Positions 10,082 to 23,400 of a DNA stretch of 64,000 bases are shown here, piece after piece. The DNA comes from Lingula anatina (taxonomy: Eukaryota > Animalia > Brachiopoda), in assembly GCA_051362555.1 (NCBI GenBank), contig CM120646.1:7998001-8062000 (forward strand). Reading direction: 5' to 3'. The notes under the pieces are model-generated. The model did not search any database and was not told the DNA's origin. It saw only the letters and a program-made list of their open reading frames with translations. A program made the position numbers and the translations under genes. Each line of letters begins with the position of its first letter. The first letter of the stretch is position 1.

Positions 10082-11612
10082 GTCGATACCAGGTATTGTG
10101 AAACGATGTACTTCAGGTTGAGGACAAAATGTGGAGGTAAAATTAACGTTCATCTCGTTATATCTTTTAGCGCAGTCTGATTTAGAATTAATAACATGCG
10201 AATATTATCCAGAAGGGTTGTTATTTTTGACATTTTCGTTACTTAAATAGGCTAAAACCTACGTTACTGGATACAAAAATTACCCATAGTAGCAAGGCAA
10301 AAATGTTAATTTTTTCAGTTATTTATGCAAAAAAGCCAGATATATTACCTTCTGTCACCAGGGATTCAGGAAATGTAGAATTCGCAAAAATATGTTTAAC
10401 TTCATATTTAATTTTCTGTTTTCTTCTTATGGACCTATTTATTGAGAATGAGTGTTGTTCTTTCTCAAATCCCCATTAAAACATTCTTGGCATCATTCTC
10501 ATGGAAATTGATCGCTTTAGTAATGACGGGGTTTCAAACTTGTTGCGTTCCTGCAATATCGTCCGTCCCAACACTCGAAACTTCATCATCCACAGTGGAG
10601 TTATGAGACAGTGTATAGCAAACCCCCTGTGGTTCAACCGAAGGGTAAAGAAGGTCATTTACATTTGGACCCAGAGATCTTCACTCACCAAAGACGGGGC
10701 CGGGGAAGGTGCCACCTGTCTCACATTTGGGACAGAGTTATAGTGTGCAGTTCTATAACGAGTAGCACTGTTTCACATTAGTATTTACCGGGTAAGTACA
10801 TAACTTTTCTCCACAAACATAAAGAAGAAAAAAGCGATTTACCTTGGCTGTTCCAAACAATCTTATGTATATTCTACCGACTCCGTGATCAGCAAAGGAA
10901 TAAGAGAAAACTGCGCAATACTTGTTATATGTTGTAAAAGCTATCCCATCCCATGGTGGTAATTAACATGATAAAGACGTCAGGTGATGATTAGACTTTC
11001 CGTGTTGTTCGATTTTTGTAACAAATCTACATCCACCTTGACATCCTTATACTGTAACATGACTATGTGTGTGATAATACACCCAGTTCGAAATATTTGA
11101 TAAGGAACATCATTTGAACAGATTTTATGATTTTTGAGTACGAAAGGAAAACTGGTCAGTTAAATCTGGTCACAAATCCGTATACATCTATAGAAAAGAA
11201 AGAGTGCTAATACTGCTTTTTTTAAAAGTCTCAGTCCATATTTCTTTGAAATTGTGGTCAGCACTGTGGTTAAATAGCACCAAGTCTACACATGCACAGG
11301 GGCGGATCCAGGATTATTTGAAGGGAGGGGGGGGGCCGACCCTTCTGCCCTCCCCTTGACGTGGCGTTCAAGGCCCGGAAACGGAAACTTTTGGTATTTT
11401 AGAGGGCGAACGGTGCCATTTTTTACGGTTTAGAACTATGATTCAGTTAGTCAAAATTCAAATGGTATGATTTTTTTCAGAAATCGAAGGCCACTGCATG
11501 CATATGTTTCTGCCTGGCTGCGTATGTCTGTTTGTAGAACGTATAAAATATGCCACTAAATTTAAACATTACAAAATGAACATAAACACACACACTCGAG
11601 CACACGCACATT

Positions 11613-11652
<40 letters not shown>

Positions 11653-11784
11653 ACAATGATTGTGTGCATATATTTTTGTTGATTTTGACTTATACATTTC
11701 AAGATATAAGTTTGAGAAGAAAACCTGTATATGAATTTGATCAGCAGAATGTTTAAAACCGGTAGTCTGCCCTCATTGTATGAT

Positions 11785-12068
11785 CCCGCACGAAAATGCA
11801 GTAGTATCGAAGTAGCAAAGAAGCATTAACGCAGTAGTGGTGTGGAGCACATTTGCAGTAGAAATGCAGTATACCCTACTGCAATTATACTTCAAAAATT
11901 ACATAGGGTTGTACAGAGGAGGAGCATTAATGCAGTAGATTAGCAGCATGATAGAAGCATGTTTCAAATATGCTAATTAGCTCCCAATGCGAAGCAGATT
12001 TGAGGCATATTTGCAGTATGATTGCAGTAGTCTACTGCGCTGGAGCATCTACTGCGTTTTCGTGCGGG
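11785..12068. mobile_element. MITE with CCC..GGG termini (CMC/EnSpm-like), 284 bp
   Basis: TIR CCCGCACGAAAATGCAGTAG / CTACTGCGTTTTCGTGCGGG (1 mismatch), AT on both flanks (2-bp TSD), internal GCAGTA repeats. Confidence 0.75.
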
Positions 12069-12317
12069 ATATAACAAATCAGACATCGTGCAAAAAATTG
12101 CGCTGTTTAACCAGCATAACAACACACATAACCGACTGCTTATACTACCTGCATTGTAATCAGTAGACTAAAACACATGTCGCAGACAGAGGTATATCAC
12201 TAACCATTCTTTATCATGCAATTGTCGCCAACCTGAACAAAACAAATCTAGGTTATAAAAACCCATCCATCGTATAACCTTGGCTTCCTCACCTGTACTC
12301 GCTTTGACCTACTAATG

Positions 12318-12605
12318 AAACTAGAAAAGCACTCCGAGAGCGCAGACCTTTGCCAAGGCAGCAATGCCGTTTCACCCCTAAAATTTCATTCTATAATGAT
12401 GTAGTTTTTAATTTTTGATTATTGATTATTGATTGATTAATGATCCGAATCACACCAAAAACTAATCATCTGTTCCTTGGCCCACTTCTGACAGTTTCTG
12501 AAAATTTCATCAAAATCGGTCCATAACTTTTTCTGTAATGTTACTAACAGACAGACAGACAAACTAACGGAACCAAAAACTTAACCTCCTTGGCGGAGGT
12601 AATAA
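12318..12605. mobile_element. Helentron-associated (HINE/DINE-like) non-autonomous element
   Basis: Subterminal IR ACCTTTGCCAAGG / CCTTGGCGGAGGT, (ACAG)n microsatellite, terminal hairpin ACCTCC-TTGGC-GGAGGT; related copy at 45247-45669. Confidence 0.7.
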
Positions 12606-14491
12606 TAAGACAGCAGGGCGGTACATTTGTAATGTTAGTAATTGACAGGAACGAATGAATAAGGAACGGGGAGTGATTTGTAGAGTAACTGAGTTGATTG
12701 ACATGCTCTTTTGACACTCACACAACTGCATACAAACGGAGAGAAGATCGCTGGAGATTGCATGAGGTAGGGGTCGAAATGGAAAGAAATTGAAAGCGGC
12801 AAGGGAACCAACTGGAAACTAGTTTTAACTAGTTTTAACTAGTATTCTTTCTAGTTATTTATTAAAATGAATAACAAGAAAGAATATAACAGAGTTGTAT
12901 TTACTTCATCGCATAACAGCAAAATATAAAGACAACAACTCCGTCACACATTCAGGTCCTGTTACAGCAATGGTTCACTTTTCCTCATCTTGCCATTTTA
13001 GCAGTAGTAGTTCTTAAATGCTTGTTATATGTGTATGAACATTAACCATTTCATGAGATCCAATACCTGGTACAGGCAATTCCGTTGGTTTACAAACTCC
13101 AAGTACCAGAGATTGCTCATTTTGTCAGATATGTTTTCTTCACATACTTTTTCTGATTGAATGAAAGGATTTTACACAGCTTTTTATTTCTTGGCCTCAT
13201 TTTTATAATTTGTTCCTGTTAATTTTTCAGCATGATTATGATGTTATAATTTTCATCTTTTTAATCATTCACTGCTTTAATTTATATAGTCATTTAGCTG
13301 TCTGTGACTAAAAGCTAAACTCAGTGTGCAACAGTTTTGTGGAGAGACACTCCAGAAGTCATTGCATGACCAGATCTCTGTATTGATAAAATGTGAATGT
13401 TTGGTCTTCACATGTTCCACAGCATTTATATGCAAATTACGTTTTATCTCAAATACCATTTTACTGGGCAATTAATTTGACGTGTTGGATAAGTTCAAAC
13501 TATCAAGACATTCCCTACATTCTTGGCACTCAAACGGAGATACTTGGACTCAAATATTACAATTTATTATTTTTATTTGGCATTTTTGGTGGCGTGTTTG
13601 TTGGTGTTAAGAGTTCACTAATACATCGTTTGCATTCACTTCAGTAAAACCGAAAAAATGGATCTACTGATTATAAGATCTCTTTTATCCTCTCGCAACT
13701 GACATTAATGTTTTATTATCATATGTTGCAGTATAATTATAGGTATCATTATAAATCTGTTGCTTTTCAATGGTAAAATTTATAAACTTCATTACTAAAA
13801 GACGTGTTTTTTTAGATAAATTTGATAAAGAGCTTCTTCTGTCTCTGAGAATTCTCAAAACAAACAGGCGTTTAAACCCAAAATAATGATGTAGTATTTA
13901 CACTATATTATTGATTTGTGTTTTAAATAACTTTTTCATTTCACTCGTTACTACATATATGTAATCAACAAAATTATTATGTACAGGTACATTATACTTA
14001 TATATGACCCCAATCGAAAGGAGCTAGAAACTTCAAAAACATATTAATTTACCGATCGGTTCCAAATGGCCACTATGTCTTCTTACGACGCAGTTGATCA
14101 GCACAGGAAGAAATGGAATATTATTGTCAATTTGACTTGGCAGAAAAGGGGACCGTCACACGAGAATAATTAACATGTTAACAAATTCAAATTATCGTCA
14201 GTTTTGTGCTATCAAATCTAAAAGAGAAAATGTTTTTTTAAACATTAACCAATTATGATTTTTAACATCTGAGAATATTATATATCATTTATTTTATAAT
14301 CACATCCCACTTATCTGCACCGTTTAAGCGGCATTAAACACGTTAAACCACTTCCAATATTTACCACAACTAAATGTAAAGTTTATTTATTTATTTATTT
14401 ATCAGTATTGTATATTTTGAAGCCTAAACTGGTTGATTTTCAGCACAAAATACGTAATGCTTGTTGCCTTATATGCAAATAATTCCTAGTA

Positions 14492-17400
14492 CTAACGAGG
14501 TTCAGCAAACACGCGTCTCAGGCAATCATCTGTGAACACCCCCAGGGGGTCGAGGGTATTTCTGATTATTTTGAAGATGGTCAGGTCGATGCCGTAGCCT
14601 CTTTTGATCCTCTGCTTCAGGTTTGGAAAATGTTGGAACCCTTTTCCCCAGTGCGGCAGTCCATTCAGACCACTTTGATCCCATGCTGTCACCATCTGAA
14701 ATCACAACGACACATCTTAACAATTATTAAATCACACTAAGTTGTAGTGTTACGGCAAACCATATCTCATTTAGAATACAAGGCACTGAGTAGTTGTCGA
14801 TGGGTATGTTTATTATTACTTAGATCATTTATAATTTCTTGTGGAGGTTAAATTAATTTAAGTGGACTTATTGAGAAGAAGGTGTTAAAAAATTCTGTGG
14901 GAGATAATAACTATCTTCACAATAAATTACTTCATCGTCAAAAACAGAGTCAACGCTTTTGGTTGTGACAAATTAAACGGTTAAAATTAGCATAATTTTG
15001 AGCACCGCTGTGTGGAATGCATCAGTTCGATTTTCATCATCCGGAGAGCCTACTCGTCTGTGTAAGTGAAAAGATGCAAAGTAGCTCTGATCCACTGGCT
15101 CCTCTTGTTCACTCCATCCTACTGGTACTGAGCCAGGACAGATGAGGCAGTCGGTGCCCTTGAACCATTTAAAGATACCCTCCTCCATCGCCTGCACTCC
15201 ATTCTTGTAGGAAGCCTCGTTAAGGACTGACGAAAGAACCTGAACATACAAGTGTGTATACATGTATATTTATCAAATATATTTCTCGTAAAGAAGTATT
15301 GCGTGTAAAAATGAGTTTGTAAAAAGATAAAAAGGTAAGCCTAACTGACAAATTCAATATTTCATTTAAAAAAAAATGTATGATCACAGAAACTTACATG
15401 AACCTGATGACTACAAGTCACAAATCAAGACGGTGTTGGTGACCATTACGAGTTCATACGATTACCCCAACAAATACCACATATACATATATAACAATCA
15501 CGTACAATCATGTAAAATTAAAAGATGAAATATGTGGATGATTGTGCCAAAATGTACACCTCTTTAAATGTAAAAGAAATTAGAAACCGTGGTTTACCCA
15601 AATTTACACCCGCTTTTAATGTATACATGTAATAGCTACGTTGCAATATTTTTGTCGGTCTGTGTATATTGCTTTACATATCATGTTGTTATATATAAAT
15701 ATTCATTTGTATCATATGTATTTTTGTTATGATTTCCAAGTGTTTTAGCCGCCACCGACTAGCGTTTCTCACCCGAAGAGCAGTAGCTCCTGCGGCGAAA
15801 GAAGAGTCCTCTACAATATACTCTATCATCATCAATGAGGGGAAGTAAGAAGCTGGGAAGTGCATGGATCGAGTAAGAGGCACCTTGGTGTAAGCAGGTA
15901 AAGATAACTCTTTCTTAAAGGCGTCCTGAAATGAGTTTAGAATAACAATGTCGCACAGTATCTTAGAACAACATACCGTATTTCCTCGGTGTTTTGGTGA
16001 ACTCCTATACCTTAGTATGTAATTATCAAATGCAAAAAAAAAGTCAAGTCAGCACAATCAAGTACCCTAAGCTTCACTCCGATGCAGACCAGCATGTGTT
16101 TTTATCAAGAAGCAGGTCGATTCAAGGTTACCGCGCCAATGGTCAACTCACTATTAGTGGTTCCGTAGATGAACACGTGGCATCGTAATTGAATGACCTC
16201 GTGTTACATTTGTCATCTGTACCTCAGATTTCAATCGAATACCGCTGCATTATGGACAAAACAAGCTGGCATGATTGGAAATTAAAAAAAAAAAACTCGG
16301 AGTAATGATTCCAAAATTAGATCATATTTGCACATGTATATACCTGGCTAACTGAAACCTTTGTGACGTTAGGAGCAGATTGGGGTCTTTCGTCAACTAT
16401 AGTAAACTTCACGTGGCTAGACGCTGGTCTAATTAGTCTGGAAATGGAATACGACAAATTATGTAAAACAAAATAAAACGTTATAGGTTTAAAAGGTATC
16501 TGAGTTTAAGAGGAATATATTCTTTCGAGCTAACTAGTTTACTAGTTCACTGTAATAGGCCTAACTACTTTCGATTTATAAATATCGGTTCAGCTTTTTT
16601 ATCAATTTGAAGCTCAAACTGCTTTTGTAATTAATTACTTTGTGTGTTCCGCCAAATCTTTACTCAAATTGAACTGTATTTTATTTTTATTAAAATAAAT
16701 TAAGAAAGAATTGAAAATTCTGCGCGTTGCTAATGAGTCTCGCCACGACCTTCACACTCTTGATGTCCTTTGTTGTTACTTTATGAGCTCCATGTTACTT
16801 GAGATGCAACGGCATTGTACATACAGGAAATCGACACACCTTCGCTCTTTTACATCTCCATCCATGATTCAAAGATGTTCAACAGATGGTTAAATGGGGA
16901 AAAAGTCCTTCGGATTTGCAAAGAACTTTTACTGAGTTAAAATTTTGAATCAAGTGACGACGCTATCTTACGTCCAGACGTCGACTGGACTATGTCAGCA
17001 AGAAAACAGCAAGAAAACAACCAGAGTACTAAAATACATAGGAATTACATCACTGAACATTGGAATTTTTCCTTGCTCAACAAACAATCAGTCGATGACA
17101 TTCGGTTTAAATAAGCTTTAGGGCTACCTAGGCAAATAACTCACTGTAACATCACCAAGTCGTTAGAACTATTCCAGGTTACGGGAACCTTTCCGGTATC
17201 TAAGACTGATTTGGCCTCTTCATCTGTCAGCGAGTTATATGGAGCATACAATCCCATTGCAAAGTAGTTGTCAAGCACTGTGTTGTGGATGAAATCTGGG
17301 TTAAACAGGTTCCTCAGTGGAGTGAATACATTCCGAACAATGACGTCCTCTTGTTGAACAACCTACAAAAAGTTGTGAAATTTTTAAAAGTTGCATTATC

Positions 17401-20400
17401 CATCATGCATATGATATTTTTGTAATTTATCCTTTGCTTGAGTAAGAAGTATTGCATTTCAAAATTATAACTTTTTTATCAAATGTCTGGTTAAATATGC
17501 TTCGCAGACCCACATCAAATGACCATTTGCATTATACACTATATTAAATGCCTGTCTCACTTTTATTTATGAGATACTTTACACAATCTAGTGTCAAATA
17601 TATAGTCATGAATATTATCATGCAATGCACATTATATGATCTATATTTTCTTCCCTAACGCTTCCCAGAGATTTAGATCGACCTTACTAGATCGACGTAA
17701 CTCCTTGGGGGTTCACGCTAAATTGCAGTCAGTCGACCGCGCACGGAAGTTACCCCCTTACAGCTTGTAGTAGGCGGGACGGACATTTAAGCCGGATTAT
17801 CTGACAGTTATCTAGTGAGACTCCCCACAGGGATAGACCGATCTAAAATCTATGGGAATGCACTCTAAGATAGCAATTTTGCAGGTTACATTACATATGC
17901 TGACACTTACCCTACACTGAGATACTCCCATAGTAGCGCTTCAAATACTACATCGATTGTCGAATGTGACAACATCTACACACTTGCTCACCAACGTTGA
18001 ATTTTGGTTAAAATTGTGGAATAAAATCGACATTTCTACTCACACAGTATTACTTACTCTAAGCTCAATTTCAAACAGTATCCCAAGAAGTCCAAGGTTA
18101 CATCTTAACGCTTTCATAACAAGCGTGTCTGCGTCTTGGCTGAACTCTTTGACGTTCCCCAATCCATCAACTAGCCGCGCTCTCGTCATGAGGCCGCCCA
18201 TGGAAGGTGCAGTATGGATAGAATTCTATGACAAGGAATGAAAACGGATCTGAAGCACAATGAAAATCTCAAGCGTTGCGTACCTATCACTACAGAATTA
18301 TTTTTTCATAAAATGTGCCGCCAGTTTGCTAAACAGGGGCACCATACGTAAGCCATTGTTGCCCACCAACTAAAAGGGCTAGTTGGGCATGGCCATGGAC
18401 TTCACATGGGTGCCAACTCAGCAGGCAAGTTTACAATATTCAAGTTTACGTGAAAAACCCGTCTTACATGTGATGCCGTAGCAATAGCGCCCCCTATTGT
18501 CACGTCATAGACCATGGGTCCATGGGGGAAGGCGTATCCCTGATCCTCCAGTTCGCTTATCAACTCTGCCTGGTTAATTCCGGCTGCAACTGTCACGGAA
18601 GTGAAATTTCTGATTGAGCCATCAAGTGCTTCCGTTCCCTGAGGATTATTGTTTCAAAAATTTAATATACGTGTACGTATTGCTATTTTATTTCTTTGGT
18701 ACAAGTGAAATCGGAAGACGTTATTATGTGCAATGTGTGGTGGCACTTTTGAATAAAGGAGATTGCAATGCTCAAAGCGTACATAGCAAGAGCATGTTTT
18801 ATTACACTTTTGCAAATTTTGATACATTCCTAACTCGATTTTTAGCAACAACTTTTTTATACATACATATATGCATGTAACTAAGGTACTTTTATGTAGT
18901 GCTCACCTCCGGATGGAAAATTATTCTTTTTCCGCCGTCCAGAGCCAGCTCCGATAAATTCAAATTGATGTGCCCAGGGTCTGCCCAGATTGGTTCCGTT
19001 GAATGTGCACTTCCCACGGCACGCACGTGTCTCCGGCAATGCAGGGCAGCACGCACTATTCTTTGTATCTACAGGAAGAATGAATACTCTAAAGCTGCCT
19101 TATCTTATTAAGAAAATAATTCTGTATATCATATCACCATTAAAAGCCACGAATACTTGTCAGACTGAATTGGGGAATTGGAGGTAAGTTTGCGTGGTCG
19201 TTGTTTACCGAGATCCTAATGTTGCGAGTTAAAGAAACTTATTGCAAATGTCGCCCCCAATTATAATGTTATTTCACAAAATAAAATTAAAGCTCACACG
19301 AAAGGTCAGAGCTGAGAAACCACGGTTTATATGACTATTTAAACATTTTGGCAAAATATAAAAATGCACTTAGGCCTACCTCCTCAGCTGACTTCGGTTT
19401 CGCCACTAACACGTATTCATAACTGACCAGTGTCTCCCAGTTGGAAAACGACTCTAGTTGGATAATCGGAGACGAACCAATAAATAACTGCAGGCATTTC
19501 TGTATTACCAGTAACTGAGGTCGCGTGACTATGTCTAAATGAAATGAAGAATTCAAGTAGGCTTGATGGCAGTAGTTTTATTTAGGCCTACAGTGACATT
19601 TTGTCATCAGTACAGCACAGTTTCAATGTATCATAGGGTGGCAGAAGTAGCGCTTAGGGATAGATTTTAAAAACAATTATATTTATGTGCATATTTGTAT
19701 CAATCATAATCATTATCATATTCGGGATTTGAGGCCTGCTAAATTGTTTGTTTCATGATCACGAAATCGAGCATTCCGCCTTTAGTCCGGTGGCTTAAGG
19801 CAAAAAAATGGCCAAATCGTGACACGTCGGATAAAAGCACCAAATTTTGCATGGGGGTACCTTTTGACACACTAAATCAAATTAGAGCCGTAGCCCACGG
19901 AAAAAATTTACCGTTTGGCCAAAAAATCCAAAATGGCCGCCAATTTGTGAAATTATGTAGAAATATATACAACCCTATGTTGATTGTTATCAAATAAATT
20001 ATTTTCTCAATGTTTTCCACATTCTTATTACCCATATTGTGCATATATGTCAGATAACAAACGATTGTCCTTGGACTTTTTGAAAAATCCAAGATGGCCG
20101 CCGTATGGCATACTTGCACATGTACAAGCCCTTACGAAAAAGTCCTATAGGATCCTATAAGATACTATAGGATTGTATAGGAAATTGGCCCAATTTCCTA
20201 TAGGCTCCTATAGGATCTTATAGGATCCTATAAGACTTTTTCGTTAGGGAGGGTTTTCAACTAATGCCAACTAGGAAGACGCATTCCCCACTATCTAATT
20301 AATTTTGTTTCTGAGTGCCTTATTACACAAAAAATACATTTGTGGTGAGTAACTATTATTCTCAGGCATTTCAACAAAAATCCAAGATGGCCGCCATATC

Positions 20401-23400
20401 AAAGGCATACTAGTATACACATAGGGCTTCTTCTGCCAAGGGGATATTATATTAATTGATAAACTAGGTTTGTTTCTGAGTATTTTCCACATCTTTTTAA
20501 TCCTTTAATCCACATAATATATATGTGATGAGAATGTTGTGTGTATCCTTTTTGGTGGGGTTCAGTTAATACCTGGGAGAGATAGGCTTCCGTATAAAAT
20601 GAAGCTGAATTGAGTTGTTTTTCTGTTTTTTTTTAATATTATTATTATTATTATTATTATTTATTATTATTATCCCATGATACATATTTGTTAGGTCATA
20701 ATTGTGCATATTTGATCATTTTGGGGAAAACCAAAATGGCCTCCTTTTCCCCATAGGAAAACTGGTGCATTGGATTTTATAGGCACTTCAAAGGCAAATG
20801 AGGGTAATCATGATATTTTGTCAAAATACTTAAGGGTACACACTTGTAACCAACCAGATAGATGTGTCAAAGTCCAAAAAGATGGTGGGAAATACCGCGA
20901 AACAAAATTCATTTTATATTGAACCCAATGTCTCCCTGGTAGTAGTTGACTGTACTTTTCCTATTGTGAATTGCAGCAATCTTAAATTTTCTCAAATACG
21001 CAAGATGCACACTTGCTAGACACCAGATTTATATAGAGTAAGGTTAATAAGGATGTCAACATGTTTGAACATCAAACGGCTTTATTTCATGTTGGAATCA
21101 ATGTCTGAACTGTTCCATTAATTGACACCTATGTGCATTTGAATGATATATTCCTATGACAACTGGCAGCTATTTTGGGATTTCTCCGAATAGTACTCAA
21201 GGATACATACACTTTCTACACACACACACAGTCTTTGCATAAAGATAAATAGGATATGAAAAAGATTTAAAAATGATTTAAAGTTAACTACATTTAAATT
21301 GTACTCAGTGTATCTCTGTCATTATTTGATTATGTGTACGAATATTCAAACGACAAAAGGCAGACATCTTGAATTTTTTTCAGAATACCCTAGATACACA
21401 CATGCTACAGACCAGGTATACATCATAGTGGTAATAATAAATGGAATGAAAAACTAATTATTTTTAAAACAAACCCATGGTAATGTAATTGTATAATCAA
21501 CCATATGCCTCTCTAGCCCACCCATTAGTATTTCTATGTCAATTAAATTGAACCTATCTTGGATTTTCTCAGAATATACAAGGATGCACACTATTTACCC
21601 ACCAGATATATATCACAGGACTAATAAGGATGGGCAAAACTTGACAAGCGAACAAAATTTCACCCTGGTAGTAGATGAAAAGCCATGGATGTGTAGTTGT
21701 ATTTCCGGTAGTATTCCTATGGCCAATGACGACCATCTTGGATTTTCTCAAAATGATCAAATATGCACATTAAATACCTGCTAGATATGTATCACAGTGT
21801 AATAATAATGTGTAAAACACTGAAAAAATAAACTGAATTTGATAGTGAATTATGTTTTTCCTAGCTGGCATTAGTTCCAACCCTTTGTAATACTAGAAGT
21901 ATTCCTATGACATATGGCGGCCATCATGGATTTTCTCAAAATGCCCAAGATTACATGTTAGTTACTCACCACATACATATTGTGTGGATGGAAAGGATGT
22001 GGAAAATACTCAGAAACAAACTTAATTTGATAGTGGAAAATTAATCTTTCCAGTTGTCATTAGTTCAATCCCCCGTACACTAGTATTCCGGTGGCACATG
22101 GCAGCCATCTTGGATTTTCCAAAATGCCCAAGTACACTTCCTAGTTACTCACCACAAACATATTATGTGGGTAACAAAAAACTGAGAAACAGACTTAATT
22201 TGATTTTGGACAAGGAATCTTTCTAGCTGGTATTAGTTGTGCACTAGTATTCCTATGGCTGTCTCTATGGCGTATGTCAGCCATCTTGGATTTTTCAAAA
22301 AGTCCAAGGGAACTTGTTTGCCATCTGACATATATGAATGAAATGGATAATAAGGGTGTGGAAAACTCTGAGAAAATAATTTATTTGATAAAAATCAACA
22401 TAGGTATGTGCATATTTCTATAGAATTCCATAAATTGGCGGCCATTTTGGATTTTTTTGCCAATCGGTAAATTGTTTGAGAGGGCTACGGCTCTAATTTG
22501 ATTTAGAATGTCAAAAGGTAACTACATGCCAAATTTGGTGCTTTTATCCGCCGTGTCACGATGTTTTCCTTAAGCCACCGGACTACTTTCCACGTCGAGA
22601 AAAACACAAATTTACCGGTACATTCGCGGAGTGGATTGAAAAAGATTGTTTCGAAATATGTGCTCTATATTTACTTGTACCAGACCTAATCCTATTCAGA
22701 CTATCCACCAAAGCTTGTTTAATAAAAAGGTTCCATGTGATAAGTTTTATGTATTATGCTGCAGCAGCACGTCGTCTTCTAGACTGAGAGGTTATCCAGC
22801 CGTTATTTGATTTATATATCAAAATTGTTGTTCGCTTACAGTGGACGGGTCTACAAATATTATTTGAAAACCCAGAGTTATCCCTTTTAATTGGAGACCT
22901 TGGAATGCAAATTCCGAAACAATAGTACATTTGTACAAAATTGGTTGCACGAGAATCCGTGGGTTTGGAACTAAAGGAGATAGATCAAATTATAAAGCTA
23001 AAGGCCAAGTTTCAAGTCGGCTGTATTTTGGCCGACAGTATTTAAGAGAAATTCAAAGTGGATTTGCATAACAGATATATCTATTCTTTTTATAACAAAG
23101 GTATATCTAAAAAAAGTTAAAATATTTTTTAAAATCTAACAAAGGTCGAACAGATATAATTCAGAATTGGCCGGGCTACAGTGTGTAAGACATAATATTT
23201 GATTTTTAAAGACTGAATTTCACATTCAGGAACATCAGGAGTTCATTATTTATAAGACTGGACAAATAACAAACACGTGTTGTATTGAAAACTAAAGTAA
23301 ACAACACAAAGAAAAAATATACATGTATACTAACGTATTTCAAAGATGGAATAAATGATCCAGTAAATTTAAAGCGGTATGTTTACTCATTGTGTCTTCA

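Noticed and set aside
11297-11350. CAGGGGCGGATCCAGG, a typical MITE terminus
   Set aside because: No matching opposite end or TSD found
15974-15992. TACCGTATTTCCTCGG, a Tc/mariner-like terminus
   Set aside because: No partner TIR seen
17911-17990. Possible extra oxidase exon (donor-like site near 17910)
   Set aside because: Exon 18058-18225 splices in phase directly to 17362 with a sensible protein
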